Positions 29,532-39,876 of a DNA stretch of 64,000 bases are shown here, in pieces. A program made the translations under genes and the position numbers. The stretch's first letter is position 1; the number at the start of each line of letters is the position of its first letter. The stretch covers positions 447-64,446 of the forward strand of contig JBASIK010000233.1 of assembly GCA_049654745.1 (NCBI GenBank). Direction: 5' to 3'. The DNA is from Bacteroidales bacterium (GTDB taxonomy: Bacteria > Bacteroidota > Bacteroidia > Bacteroidales > VadinHA17). The notes beneath the pieces were generated by a model. It saw only the letters and a list, made by a program, of their open reading frames with translations. It made no database searches and was not told the DNA's origin.

Positions 29532-29632
29532 AAACCGGAAAGCTGAAAGAATAATAAAACCCACTTTATCGGATTTGGAACAATAATGAGTTAATAACAA
29601 AGCGAAATCTGTCAATTGCTTTTTTTCAGTCA

Positions 29633-30727
29633 ATGTTCTGGCTTCTTCTCATACCATTTGTTATATATCTGGCACTCTTTGTCACGGCCGCTCTATACCT
29701 CCGCAACCCGGCTGTATGGACATACAATCCTCTCCTGCAACCAGTAAGCGTTTCAATTATTGTACCCTGTAAAAATGAAGAGTCATCATTACCTGCACTT
29801 CTTGCCGACCTCTCGTTGCAGAACTATCCGGAAGATTCATTTGAAGTAATAGTAGTTGACGACCACTCATCTGATAATACATTAAAAGTTGCTGAAGAGT
29901 TCAGGGGAATACGAAATCTAAAGGTTATCCATAATGCCGGAAACGGTAAGAAACATGCTATCAGAACTGGGGTTCAATCATCCTCATCAGAACTCATTAT
30001 CACTACCGATGCCGATTGCCGGGTGGGTAAAGCGTGGGTTGGCACAATCGCTTCATTTTATGCTGCCTGCAGACCTGCCTTGATAATAGGACCTGTAAAA
30101 CTTAAAGAAAGAAAAGGAGTGTTGTTTGTCTTTCAAAAGATTGAATGGCTCGGACTTCAGGGAATGACTGCAGGTTATGCACTCGCAGACAAACCTGTAA
30201 TGTGCAACGGTGCCAACCTTGCCTTCACCAGAAAAACCTACATGGAAAACTACGAAAACCTCAATTACACAATACCTTCAGGCGATGACATTTTTCTTCT
30301 TCACTCTGTAAAGTTAAAACAGGGATCAAACATTTTGTGGCTCAACAGCCGTGAAGCAGATGTCACAACAGAACCGGCGTATTCTATTCAAGAATTACTT
30401 AAACAGAGAGCAAGGTGGATATCCAAAGCAGGTTCCTACAGGGATGCTTTTACTATTTTCCTTTCTGCTGTAGTCTTTATTACAGTTTCTTTGCTGGGTT
30501 TGATGCTCGTCGCAGCAATACTGAACATCAAATTCCTTCCGTTTTTCCTGGCAGGCTTCACTATTAAATCTATTGCCAACGCTCTTTTAATTAGAACTAC
30601 CGCCAATCTGTATAAACAAAAATCTTTCCTGAAATGGCTTTTCCCACTTCAGCTACTCTATCCTTTTTATCTTGCAGCTGTCCTTATAAGCCTGATTCCT
30701 GGCTTATTCAGCAGGGGAAAATTATAA
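29633..30727 (+). CDS. Family 2 glycosyltransferase, membrane-anchored
   Basis: 364 aa. N-terminal TM helix, IIVPCKNEE, VVDDHSSDN, the DxD motif (TDADC) and QRARW, followed by C-terminal TM helices. Confidence 0.85.
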   Translation: MFWLLLIPFVIYLALFVTAALYLRNPAVWTYNPLLQPVSVSIIVPCKNEESSLPALLADLSLQNYPEDSFEVIVVDDHSSDNTLKVAEEFRGIRNLKVIHNAGNGKKHAIRTGVQSSSSELIITTDADCRVGKAWVGTIASFYAACRPALIIGPVKLKERKGVLFVFQKIEWLGLQGMTAGYALADKPVMCNGANLAFTRKTYMENYENLNYTIPSGDDIFLLHSVKLKQGSNILWLNSREADVTTEPAYSIQELLKQRARWISKAGSYRDAFTIFLSAVVFITVSLLGLMLVAAILNIKFLPFFLAGFTIKSIANALLIRTTANLYKQKSFLKWLFPLQLLYPFYLAAVLISLIPGLFSRGKL

Positions 30728-30736
30728 GATCAATTC

Positions 30737-30767
30737 TTACGGAACCTTGAACCGCTAACCTTGAACT
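30737..30767. repeat. Heptad-periodic AACC repeat, copy B (minus strand reads GGTTnnn)
   Basis: ttacgGAACCttGAACCgcTAACCttGAACt, with AACC at 30743, 30750 and 30757 and AACT at 30764 (exact 7-nt period). It starts 6 nt downstream of the recQ stop, in the GT2/recQ convergent gap. The unit order GAACC-nn-GAACC-nn-TAACC matches copy A. Confidence 0.5.
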
Positions 30768-30772
30768 TTCAA

Positions 30773-32965
30773 TCAATTTCCCATTTCTGAAAGGAACTTT
30801 ATTCTGATCAGCCTGATTTCTTCTTCTTCAAACTCGTTTCCAAGTGCCTGAAGGGCTTCCTCGAGTGAATCACTCTGTGCCTCTTCCTTAAAGTATGAAT
30901 ATATCTCCTGCTGCCTCTCCTCGTCCATTACCATATTTATATAATAATCGAGGTTGATACGTGTTCCTGAATTCACAATTGCTTCAATCTCCGAAAGAAG
31001 TTCATCCATATCGAGTCCTTTGGCTTCGGCTATATCTTCGAGAGGTCTCTTCATGTCGATACTCTGGATGATATAGACTTTCAAACCCGATTTATTGACA
31101 ACAGATTTAACCACCATGTCGAGGGGTCTTATTATTTCTTTTTCCTCGACATATTTCTTAATCACTTCCACGAACTCTTTACCATATCTCTGAGCCTTTC
31201 CGGCCCCGACGCCTGAAATGTTCTGCAATTCATCGAGGGTAATAGGGTACTGTATGGCCATCTCTTCGAGTGAAGGATCCTGAAATATTACAAAAGGTGG
31301 AACATTTTTCTGTTTTGATATTTTCTTCCTCAGGTCTTTAAGTATGCTGAAGAGTTCCTCGTCAACAGCGGCGGTTTTTGCACCGAAGCCACCTCCTTCT
31401 TCTTCCTCGGCATCGCTGTAGTCGTAGTCCTCCACAAGCATGAATTCAGTAGGTTTCTCCAGGAACTCCTTCCCTTTCTGGGTAAGTTTCAGCAGGCCGT
31501 AATTCTCAATGTCCTTTGTAAGCAGTTTGGCAATGAGAGCCTGTCTAATAACCATATTCCAGAATTTCTCGTCCTTTTCTTCACCGGCTCCGAAAATATC
31601 GAGTTTATGATGTTTGTATGACTTTATTGCCGAAGTTGCCTTCCCCGCAAGAATGTTTGCGATATGGTCAGCCTTGAACTTTTCTTTTACTGCCAGTACT
31701 GCCTCGAGCACGCTCACCACATATTCACTACCCTCAAACTGAACCTTCGGGTGCAGGCAGTTATCGCAAGCTTCGCAATTTTCCCTGGGATATTCCTCTC
31801 CGAAATAATGCAGCAGCGATTTACGGCGGCAAATTGACGATTCGGCATACGATACAACCTCCAGCAAAAGTTGCTTGCCTATCTCCTGCTCGGCAACGGG
31901 TTTGCCCTGCATGAATTTCTCAAGCTTCTGTATATCATTATAACTGTAATATGCAATACATCTGCCTTCACCTCCATCCCTTCCAGCACGTCCGGTCTCC
32001 TGGTAGTATCCTTCCAGACTTTTAGGCATGTCGTAATGTATTACATACCGTATGTCAGGCTTGTCGATTCCCATCCCAAACGCAATTGTGGCAACAATCA
32101 CATCAGCCTCCTCCATCAGAAACTTGTCCTGATTGGCCGTACGTGTTGCCGTGTCAAGCCCTGCATGATACGGCAATGCTCTTATACCATTAACCTTAAG
32201 GGTTTCAGCAAGTTCTTCAACTTTCTTTCTGCTGAGGCAATATATTATACCGGATTTCCCCTGATTGTTCTTTATATATCTGATGATTTCCTTTGTGGCA
32301 TCAACTTTCGACCTTACCTCGTAATAGAGATTGGGCCTGTTGAATGATGATTTAAAGACGTTTGCTTCGAGAATTCCCAGGTTTTTCTGAATATCATGTT
32401 GAACCTTTGGCGTGGCAGTTGCCGTTAATGCTATTATTGGTGAACGGCCTATAGTGTCGATGATTGGCCTTATTCTCCTGTATTCAGGCCTGAAATCATG
32501 CCCCCATTCCGAAATACAATGAGCTTCGTCAACTGCATAAAAAGAAATTTTTATGTTCCTCAGAAATTCAATGTTCTCTTCTTTGGTAAGTGATTCGGGA
32601 GCAACATATAATAATTTTGTAATGCCATTTACAACATCCTTCTTCACTTTGTTAATTTCCGATTTCGAAAGGGAGGAATTGAGAAAATGGGCAACTTCAT
32701 CAGTGGTGCTGAAGTTACGCATAGCATCAACCTGATTTTTCATCAGCGCAATAAGCGGTGAAATAACTATTGCTGTACCTTCCAGCATAACTGCCGGAAG
32801 CTGATAGCAGAGCGACTTACCTCCCCCCGTTGGCATAAGTACAAATGTGTCCCTCCCTGCAAGAACATTCTTTATTATTGGCTCCTGCAGGCCTTTAAAT
32901 GTATCAAAGCCAAAGTATTTCTTCAGATAACTATGAATAACACTATCGTCTGGTACTTTCCCCAT
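30773..32965 (-). CDS. recQ: ATP-dependent DNA helicase RecQ
   Basis: 730 aa with PTGGGKS, the DEAH box VDEAHCISEWGHDFRPEY, a Zn-binding Cys cluster (CRRK...CEACDNC) and a C-terminal HRDC region. Confidence 0.95.
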   Translation of the reverse strand: MGKVPDDSVIHSYLKKYFGFDTFKGLQEPIIKNVLAGRDTFVLMPTGGGKSLCYQLPAVMLEGTAIVISPLIALMKNQVDAMRNFSTTDEVAHFLNSSLSKSEINKVKKDVVNGITKLLYVAPESLTKEENIEFLRNIKISFYAVDEAHCISEWGHDFRPEYRRIRPIIDTIGRSPIIALTATATPKVQHDIQKNLGILEANVFKSSFNRPNLYYEVRSKVDATKEIIRYIKNNQGKSGIIYCLSRKKVEELAETLKVNGIRALPYHAGLDTATRTANQDKFLMEEADVIVATIAFGMGIDKPDIRYVIHYDMPKSLEGYYQETGRAGRDGGEGRCIAYYSYNDIQKLEKFMQGKPVAEQEIGKQLLLEVVSYAESSICRRKSLLHYFGEEYPRENCEACDNCLHPKVQFEGSEYVVSVLEAVLAVKEKFKADHIANILAGKATSAIKSYKHHKLDIFGAGEEKDEKFWNMVIRQALIAKLLTKDIENYGLLKLTQKGKEFLEKPTEFMLVEDYDYSDAEEEEGGGFGAKTAAVDEELFSILKDLRKKISKQKNVPPFVIFQDPSLEEMAIQYPITLDELQNISGVGAGKAQRYGKEFVEVIKKYVEEKEIIRPLDMVVKSVVNKSGLKVYIIQSIDMKRPLEDIAEAKGLDMDELLSEIEAIVNSGTRINLDYYINMVMDEERQQEIYSYFKEEAQSDSLEEALQALGNEFEEEEIRLIRIKFLSEMGN

Positions 32966-33264
32966 ATCTCAACCTGTATCTATTTTAATTAAAGTTAATC
33001 AAATTATATTTCAAAACATATTTTAAATCAAAATATTTTTTCGCTTTTCCAGAAATTAAATAATATTAACATTGCCATTATGACAATACTTCATGAATAC
33101 TGCTCCAGGGTTTTAAAAATCAGGTAATTACCTGAATTTATATAATTTCTGAAGTAATGTAACAGAATGGCAGTGATGCCTGAAAAGGGGTACAAATATA
33201 CTATTGTTTTGGAAAATAAGATTTCCCATCTTTGCCTTTTGATTTTTTTATCACAACCGGATCT

Positions 33265-34143
33265 ATGTTAGGAAGAAAAAGAAGAAACTCAAACAACGAG
33301 AAAGAAATGACATTTCTCGAGCATCTCGAGGAATTGCGGTGGCACATCATACGCTCAATTATTTTCATGGTTGTAATGATAGTTATCGCATTCACACAGA
33401 AAAATTTAATTTTCAACAACATAATACTTGCTCCCAAAAATCCGGATTTCTTCACAAACAAGATGTTATGCAAGTTGGGAAATCTCGTTAACACAGACCT
33501 TCTATGCATTAACACAAAACCATTTGAACTAATAAATATTCAGATGTCGGGACAGCTTACAACGCATATTGCCGTATCAATTATTGCAGGATTAATTGTA
33601 TCTATTCCTTATATCTTCTGGGAATTCTGGAGATTTATTAAACCAGCCCTCTATCCGCACGAAAGAAAATATGCCCGGGGTTCTGTTGGATGGGCAAGTT
33701 TTCTATTTTTACTGGGAGTTGTTTTTGGATATTTTATGATTGTACCCCTTTCAATTCATTTTCTGGGTTCTTACAGGATAAGTGAACAGGTAGTAAACCA
33801 GATTTACGTGCGCTCCTACATCGGTACAATCTCTTCAGTTGTTCTTGCCTCAGGTATCGTTTTCGAGCTGCCTCTTATAGCATTCTTCCTGACACAAATA
33901 GGTGTCATTACTCCTTCATTTATGATAAAGTACAGGAGGCATTCAATAGTTGTTATATTAATTATGTCTGCGATAATTACGCCTCCGGATATATTTTCCC
34001 AGATCCTCGTAAGTATTCCACTGATAGGACTCTATGAAGTGGGGATTATTATATCTAAAATTGTTTATAGAAGGAAGGAGAAAGAGCATGAAGCATTTAT
34101 GAAAGAGGAAGATAAAAAGGATATTGAAAAGGCTTCATTATAA
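33265..34143 (+). CDS. tatC: Twin-arginine translocase subunit TatC
   Basis: MTFLEHLEELRWHI plus 6 TM helices. I place the start at the Met at 33265. The ORF opens at 33232 and a later Met at 33307 is also possible. Confidence 0.88.
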   Translation: MLGRKRRNSNNEKEMTFLEHLEELRWHIIRSIIFMVVMIVIAFTQKNLIFNNIILAPKNPDFFTNKMLCKLGNLVNTDLLCINTKPFELINIQMSGQLTTHIAVSIIAGLIVSIPYIFWEFWRFIKPALYPHERKYARGSVGWASFLFLLGVVFGYFMIVPLSIHFLGSYRISEQVVNQIYVRSYIGTISSVVLASGIVFELPLIAFFLTQIGVITPSFMIKYRRHSIVVILIMSAIITPPDIFSQILVSIPLIGLYEVGIIISKIVYRRKEKEHEAFMKEEDKKDIEKASL

Positions 34144-34158
34144 AGGAGCAAGAAAGCC

Positions 34159-34884
34159 ATGAAATTATATACCAAAAATCTGGTAAAAAAGTACCGCAGC
34201 CGTAAAGTGGTTAATAATGTCTCTGTTGAAGTGGAGCAGGGTGAAATTGTAGGATTGCTGGGCCCTAACGGAGCAGGCAAAACCACCACATTTTACATGA
34301 TTGTCGGACTTATAAAACCGAATGAGGGTAAAGTATTCCTCGACAATGAAGACATTACCCCTCTTCCTGTATATAAAAGAGCCCGCAGGGGCATCGGTTA
34401 CCTTTCCCAGGAACCTTCCATATTCAGAAATCTGTCAGTTGAAGACAATATAAGAGCAGTTCTTGAACTTTCGGGTTTTCCGGAAAGTGAGCAGAAAGAG
34501 CGACTGGAGTTGATGCTCGACGAATTCGGCCTGCAGAAAATACGTAAAAGCAAAGGAATTCAATTGTCAGGTGGGGAACGAAGGCGAACAGAAATTGCAA
34601 GAGCTCTGGCATTAAAACCAAAATTCATACTGCTCGATGAACCATTCGCCGGAATAGACCCTATTGCCGTTGAAGATATTCAGAATATTGTTTCACACCT
34701 TAAAGATAAAAACATTGGAATCCTTATTACCGACCATAACGTACACGAAACACTTTCAATTACCGACAGGTCGTACCTGCTTTTCGAGGGAAGAATCCTG
34801 AAATCGGGAACATCTCAGGAACTGACTGACGATGAGATTGTAAGAAAAGTTTACCTTGGCAGAAACTTCGAACTTCGTCGCTGA
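34159..34884 (+). CDS. lptB: LPS export ABC transporter ATP-binding protein
   Basis: 241 aa with [17 protein letters not shown] and [11 protein letters not shown], plus the LptB-typical C-terminus VRKVYLG. Confidence 0.9.
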   Translation: MKLYTKNLVKKYRSRKVVNNVSVEVEQGEIVGLLGPNGAGKTTTFYMIVGLIKPNEGKVFLDNEDITPLPVYKRARRGIGYLSQEPSIFRNLSVEDNIRAVLELSGFPESEQKERLELMLDEFGLQKIRKSKGIQLSGGERRRTEIARALALKPKFILLDEPFAGIDPIAVEDIQNIVSHLKDKNIGILITDHNVHETLSITDRSYLLFEGRILKSGTSQELTDDEIVRKVYLGRNFELRR

Positions 34885-34914
34885 GATTCTCTTTTAAAAA
34901 ACAATTTTTTTCAG

Positions 34915-34922
34915 TACCTTTG
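34915..34922 (+). promoter_or_regulatory. Candidate -7 promoter box (TACCTTTG) for tRNA-Leu
   Basis: TACCTTTG ends 11 nt before the tRNA 5' end. Confidence 0.45.
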
Positions 34923-34933
34923 CCGGGATTTTT

Positions 34934-35017
34934 GCGGATGTGTCGTAATTGGTAGCCGAGCAAGACTTAGGATCTTGTGTCCTTAGTGACGTAAGGGTTC
35001 GAGTCCCTTCATCCGCA
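34934..35017 (+). tRNA. tRNA-Leu (anticodon UAG)
   Basis: 84 nt, folded by hand. Acceptor stem GCGGATG/CATCCGC, 3-bp D stem, anticodon stem CAAGA/TCTTG with loop CTTAGGA (anticodon TAG, G37). It has a 15-nt variable arm (class II), T arm AAGGG-TTCGAGT-CCCTT and discriminator A. No CCA is encoded. Confidence 0.93.
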
Positions 35018-35078
35018 CTAAGTAAGGAAGAATAATTAACTACAATAAATTAATACCCAAACAAATAAATTACACTGA

Positions 35079-36413
35079 ATGAATATTACCAGAGAAAACA
35101 TCGACAACCTGAATGCTATTCTTAAAGTAGAGGTCCGGAAATCAGATTACGAAGAAAATGTCGAAAAAGTGTTGCGTGAATACCGCCGGAATGCAAATAT
35201 GAAGGGCTTCCGGCCGGGAATGGTTCCAATAGGGTTAATCAGAAAACTCTACGGTACAGCAGCAAAAGTTGATGAAATAAATAAACTCGTCGCTGAAAAT
35301 CTCTATAAGTATATAAAAGACGAAAACATTCAGATCCTGGGTGATCCAGTTCCTTCTGACAAACAGGATGAATCAATAAATTTCGAAACCGGTGAAGACT
35401 TTTACTTCACTTTCGAAATAGGCCTTGCACCTGAATTCGAATTAAAACTTGGCAAAAAGAATAAAGTTACTTATTACGAAATAATTATTGACGAGAAAAT
35501 AAGAAACGATTACGTTAATAATTATACCCGCAGGTATGGCCGGTATGTCAATGCCGAATTATCAGAAGAAACCGACATGCTGAAAGGCAGGATTGAACCT
35601 GCTGACGAAATGGCCAGATTCAGTGCAGATAATGTACTGCTGGCAATAGATATTATTAAAGATGAAGCGATTAAAAAAGAATTCCTCGGGAAAAAGCCTG
35701 GCGATTCAATAATCTTCGACCTGAAAAAAGCATATCCCAATGTTAACGAAATTGCCACGATGCTTAGAATAAGCAAAGAGCAAGCTGCAAAAGTAGAAGG
35801 CACCTACATGTTCACCATTGAAGAGATAATGAGGTTTCAACCCGCCGAAATAGGGAAAGAGCTTTTCGACCAGATTTACGGCGAGGATGTGATAAAAACA
35901 GAAGAAGAATTCTACACTAAAATCGACGAAGAAATATCTGCAAGCCTGGCAAATGAAAGCAATTATAAACTTTCACTCGACCTTAAAAAACTTGCCCTTG
36001 AAAAAACAAAATTTGATCTTCCAGAAGAGTTTCTGAAAAAATGGCTTAAGAGAGTTAACGAAAAGGCAACCGGAGAACAGATTGAAAAGGAATTCGACAC
36101 TTTCAAGGAGGATCTGAAATGGCAGCTAATAAGGAAAAAGATAGCACAGGACTATGACATTAAGGTTACAGAAGAAGAGATGCGTAAGGAAGCAGAAAAC
36201 ATAACCAGATATCAGTTTAACCAGTATGGCCTTTTCTATGCCACAGACGAACAGGTCTCAAAATTTGCTGATGAAATGCTTAAAAAAGAAGATGATGCAA
36301 GAAGAATTGCCGACCGCATCCTTGAGGAAAAGGCTATTGAGAAACTCAAAGAGCTTGTTACCATAGAAACCAAAAAAGTGACTGCAGAAGAATTCAATAA
36401 ACTTTTTGAATAA
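35079..36413 (+). CDS. tig: Trigger factor
   Basis: 444 aa with the ribosome-binding signature GFRPGMVP. It sits in the classical tig-clpP-clpX order. Confidence 0.92.
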   Translation: MNITRENIDNLNAILKVEVRKSDYEENVEKVLREYRRNANMKGFRPGMVPIGLIRKLYGTAAKVDEINKLVAENLYKYIKDENIQILGDPVPSDKQDESINFETGEDFYFTFEIGLAPEFELKLGKKNKVTYYEIIIDEKIRNDYVNNYTRRYGRYVNAELSEETDMLKGRIEPADEMARFSADNVLLAIDIIKDEAIKKEFLGKKPGDSIIFDLKKAYPNVNEIATMLRISKEQAAKVEGTYMFTIEEIMRFQPAEIGKELFDQIYGEDVIKTEEEFYTKIDEEISASLANESNYKLSLDLKKLALEKTKFDLPEEFLKKWLKRVNEKATGEQIEKEFDTFKEDLKWQLIRKKIAQDYDIKVTEEEMRKEAENITRYQFNQYGLFYATDEQVSKFADEMLKKEDDARRIADRILEEKAIEKLKELVTIETKKVTAEEFNKLFE

Positions 36414-36447
36414 ACAATAGCCTGACAGTGAGTAATAATAGTTTTTG

Positions 36448-36455
36448 TAACTTTG
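36448..36455 (+). promoter_or_regulatory. Candidate -7 promoter box (TAACTTTG) for clpP-clpX
   Basis: TAACTTTG sits 23 nt upstream of the clpP ATG. Confidence 0.4.
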
Positions 36456-36478
36456 TTTTTTATTAAAATTTTTCGGCT

Positions 36479-37159
36479 ATGGATACCTTTGATGATTTCA
36501 GAAAATACGCAAGAAGCAGAATGGGTCTCAGCAGCATGACCCTTCACAGATACACTTCTATTGCGAACAGCTACATCTCTCCTACCATTATTGAGGAGAG
36601 GCAGCTTAATGTGGCTACCATGGATGTCTTTTCGCGTCTTATGATGGACAGAATAATCTTCCTTGGACTTCCCATTGACGATTACGTAGCAAATATCATT
36701 CAGGCTCAGTTGCTTTATCTTGATTCAACTGATCCGACGAAAGACATTCAGATCTATTTCAATACACCGGGAGGTTCCGTACATGCCGGGCTGGGTATCT
36801 ACGACACAATGCAGTATATATCTGCCGATGTTGCAACAATATGTACAGGTATGGCAGCCTCAATGGGTGCAATACTGCTTACTGCCGGAACAAAAGGTAA
36901 ACGTTCGGCATTGAAGCATTCCAGAATCATGATTCACCAACCTATGGGTGGCGCAGAAGGCCATGCTTCCGATATTGAAATAACCGTTAGGGAAATACTC
37001 AAACTCAAGAAGGAACTCTACGAAATCATTTCACTTCATACAGGCAATCCTTACGAAAAAGTTGAAAAGGATGCCGACAGAGATTACTGGATGACTGCCG
37101 ACGAAGCCAAGAAGTACGGAATGATTGATGAAGTCCTTCACAAGGCAACTGTTAAATAA
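36479..37159 (+). CDS. clpP: ATP-dependent Clp protease proteolytic subunit
   Basis: 226 aa with the catalytic Ser context TGMAASMGA and the His context IMIHQP. Confidence 0.96.
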   Translation: MDTFDDFRKYARSRMGLSSMTLHRYTSIANSYISPTIIEERQLNVATMDVFSRLMMDRIIFLGLPIDDYVANIIQAQLLYLDSTDPTKDIQIYFNTPGGSVHAGLGIYDTMQYISADVATICTGMAASMGAILLTAGTKGKRSALKHSRIMIHQPMGGAEGHASDIEITVREILKLKKELYEIISLHTGNPYEKVEKDADRDYWMTADEAKKYGMIDEVLHKATVK

Positions 37160-37165
37160 TAAAAA

Positions 37166-38380
37166 ATGGACAGATGTTCCTTTTGCGGGCGAACCAAGAA
37201 AGAAGCCAACCTTCTTATCGCAGGTCTTGAAGGCCATATATGCGACCACTGCATTGAACAGGCTTACAGTATTATGACCGAAGAGCTTGGTTCTCACACC
37301 AGCTCAAAATTCGAGGTTATTAATCTTCTTAAACCGCCTGAAATAAAGGCCTTCCTCGATCAATACGTAATTGGACAGGAAAGAGCAAAAAAAATCATCT
37401 CTGTAGCTGTTTACAACCACTACAAAAGGCTGATGCAAAAGTCTGAGAAAGACGATGTTGAGATTGAAAAGTCAAATATCCTCCTGGTGGGTGAAACAGG
37501 TACAGGAAAGACTCTTCTTGCCCGGACCATCGCCCGCATGCTCCATGTCCCATTCACAATTGTTGACGCTACAGTGCTTACCGAAGCCGGATACGTGGGC
37601 GAAGATGTTGAAAGCATCCTCACGCGCCTGCTTCAGAATGCCGATTATGATGTAAAAGCCGCAGAAAGGGGTATAGTCTTTATAGATGAGATAAACAAAA
37701 TTGCCAGAAAAGGCGATAACCCTTCAATTACCAGAGATGTATCGGGTGAAGGTGTCCAGCAGGGATTGCTTAAACTGCTCGAAGGTTCGGTGGTAAATGT
37801 ACCGCCTCAGGGCGGAAGAAAACACCCCGAACAAAAAATGATACCAGTTGATACCACAAACATCCTATTTATCTGCGGTGGCGCATTCGAAGGTATAGAG
37901 AAAAAAATTGCACAGCGTCTCAACACAACAATTGTGGGTTACCGGGCAACAAAAGACAGGGAAAGAATTGACAAAGACAACCTGTTGCAATATATTGCAC
38001 CTCAGGACCTTAGAGCGTATGGCCTTATACCCGAGATAATCGGCCGCCTGCCTGTGCTCACTTACCTCCACCCGCTCGACCGCAAAGCCCTGCGGGAAAT
38101 TCTTACCGAACCAAAAAATGCCATCACAAAACAATATATAAAATTGTTTAAGATGGATAACATAGACCTCACATTCACTGAAGAGGTACTGGATTACATA
38201 GTTGACAAAGCTATTGAATTCCGGCTCGGGGCAAGAGGACTGAGGGCAATCTGCGAGGCTATAATGCTCGATGCAATGTTCGAAATGCCTGCCTCAGAAG
38301 ACAGGGAGCTTGTGATAACAACTGATTATGCAAAACGCAAGCTCGAAAAAATTGATATGAAAATCCTTAAAGCATCATAA
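37166..38380 (+). CDS. clpX: ATP-dependent Clp protease ATP-binding subunit ClpX
   Basis: 404 aa. N-terminal zinc ribbon (CSFCGR...CDHC), Walker A GETGTGKT and the pore-loop GYVGEDVE. Confidence 0.96.
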   Translation: MDRCSFCGRTKKEANLLIAGLEGHICDHCIEQAYSIMTEELGSHTSSKFEVINLLKPPEIKAFLDQYVIGQERAKKIISVAVYNHYKRLMQKSEKDDVEIEKSNILLVGETGTGKTLLARTIARMLHVPFTIVDATVLTEAGYVGEDVESILTRLLQNADYDVKAAERGIVFIDEINKIARKGDNPSITRDVSGEGVQQGLLKLLEGSVVNVPPQGGRKHPEQKMIPVDTTNILFICGGAFEGIEKKIAQRLNTTIVGYRATKDRERIDKDNLLQYIAPQDLRAYGLIPEIIGRLPVLTYLHPLDRKALREILTEPKNAITKQYIKLFKMDNIDLTFTEEVLDYIVDKAIEFRLGARGLRAICEAIMLDAMFEMPASEDRELVITTDYAKRKLEKIDMKILKAS

Positions 38381-38415
38381 AGAAAGGGGCTGAATCCACA
38401 GCCCCTTTCTTTTTC
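38381..38415 (+). terminator. Rho-independent terminator after clpX (may also serve the convergent lipoprotein gene)
   Basis: Perfect 12-bp stem agaaaggggctg/cagcccctttct with loop aatcca, followed by TTTTTC. Confidence 0.8.
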
Positions 38416-38429
38416 CTGTACTATGTGCT

Positions 38430-39293
38430 TTAAGGCATTAGCCTGTGCCTGTGACGTAATGTTATCTGCTTGCTGTACTCTCCCCTTCTGACTGTTGCGT
38501 ACGCATCACATTCACCGTCACCGTAATCCAGCTCAAAAGGCTCAACACCCTCCCTCTCAATCTTTATAACGCCACTTACTAAGAATTCGCAAACTCTCTT
38601 CCAGTGAAGTGCGGTTGTAATAGTATTTGTATATGACTTCCCGTCAATTGTCTTACCTGTTGCAGTGCCTGTCACAAGACACTCATCATCCCAAATATTC
38701 CTTGTTAACCACCCCGCAATCCATTCCCTCCGGTGATTAACTGAACGCTCAATCGTCTTTCCGTCAGGCAGGGTAAGCTTACCTCCTGTAAGCTTCACTT
38801 CAATAACCACATTCTGGTTCTGATTCGGGCCAAGATTGGTAAACTCTTTCGTTCCTTCAACCTTTATACCATTAAAATAATAGTTATCAAATGTAACAGT
38901 TTTCTTCGACCCTGTAACATTTCTGCGCTGTGTAATAGTAATGATTATTTTACCAGAGCGTGTACTCCCGTAAAATCCCGAACAACCTTCACCATAATCA
39001 ATTGTAATTGTCTTTGGCCAGACATTTGGAGTGATGTTATCAATTTTTATTACCGGGCATGAGTCGGCCAGTACAAATGCTTCCGATTTTGTTTCGCCTT
39101 TCCCCAGTGCATCATCGAGAAGAATCGATGCATAATCAACAGTATTAAAAACGTCGTCAAACAGGGTATTCACTACTGCATCATCATCTGCCGTATTAAT
39201 GCTCGACTCTTCCAGCGGAGCCGTATCTTTCTGGCACGATGCAAAAAACATTAATGAAAGTATCACAATAAGTGAAGAAAGTTTTGTTTTCAT
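38430..39293 (-). CDS. Hypothetical lipoprotein
   Basis: 287 aa. Signal peptide plus lipobox (FFASC). Beta-rich, with several Cys residues. I recognise no family. Confidence 0.7.
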   Translation of the reverse strand: MKTKLSSLIVILSLMFFASCQKDTAPLEESSINTADDDAVVNTLFDDVFNTVDYASILLDDALGKGETKSEAFVLADSCPVIKIDNITPNVWPKTITIDYGEGCSGFYGSTRSGKIIITITQRRNVTGSKKTVTFDNYYFNGIKVEGTKEFTNLGPNQNQNVVIEVKLTGGKLTLPDGKTIERSVNHRREWIAGWLTRNIWDDECLVTGTATGKTIDGKSYTNTITTALHWKRVCEFLVSGVIKIEREGVEPFELDYGDGECDAYATVRRGEYSKQITLRHRHRLMP

Positions 39294-39382
39294 AGTTATC
39301 TGCTTTTGATTAGTAATTTTGTTTTCTCACCTTTTTAGATGAAACTTCTTCAGTAAGGTTTAACGGAGAAATCTAGAAAATG

Positions 39383-39868
39383 TTACTTTCTTCTATAAAT
39401 TTTAAAAGTATAGGAAGGAGATAAGCCTGGTACTTTTTCATGATATTCTTCTGAGACAGCCTCCCACATTGATGGGTCTATAGCAGGAAAAAAAGTATCG
39501 GCCGGAGCTTTATCGTGAACATGTGTAATATAGAGCCGGTCGGCAAGTGGCATGAATTGTCTGTAGATACTCCCGCCTCCGATTACGAAAACCTCTTCTT
39601 CCCCCCTGCATGCTTCCAATGCTTCTTCGATGGAGAATGCAGTATAGTCGCAGTTGAACATGTCATCGGGATTATCCGTAATAACAATATTTTTTCTGCC
39701 CGGAAGTGGCTTTACAGGGAGCGATTCCCATGTTTTCTTCCCCATTATAACACACCTGCCTGTTGTAAGTTTCTTAAACCTTTTGAGGTCTTCAGGTATG
39801 TTCCAGAGTAATTTATTATCTTTCCCGATACCGAGGTCTTCCGAAACAGCAGCTATTATTGAAATCAT
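39383..39868 (-). CDS. folA: Dihydrofolate reductase
   Basis: 161 aa with IIAAVSEDLGIGKDNKLLWNIPEDLKRFK and VIGGGSIY. Confidence 0.95.
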   Translation of the reverse strand: MISIIAAVSEDLGIGKDNKLLWNIPEDLKRFKKLTTGRCVIMGKKTWESLPVKPLPGRKNIVITDNPDDMFNCDYTAFSIEEALEACRGEEEVFVIGGGSIYRQFMPLADRLYITHVHDKAPADTFFPAIDPSMWEAVSEEYHEKVPGLSPSYTFKIYRRK

Positions 39869-39876
39869 AAAAATAA

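Noticed and set aside
34934-35017. tRNA-Leu as a possible genomic-island integration site
   Set aside because: It is flanked directly by lptB and tig-clpP-clpX. There is no integrase, no duplicated tRNA 3' end (att-like direct repeat) and no accessory genes nearby.
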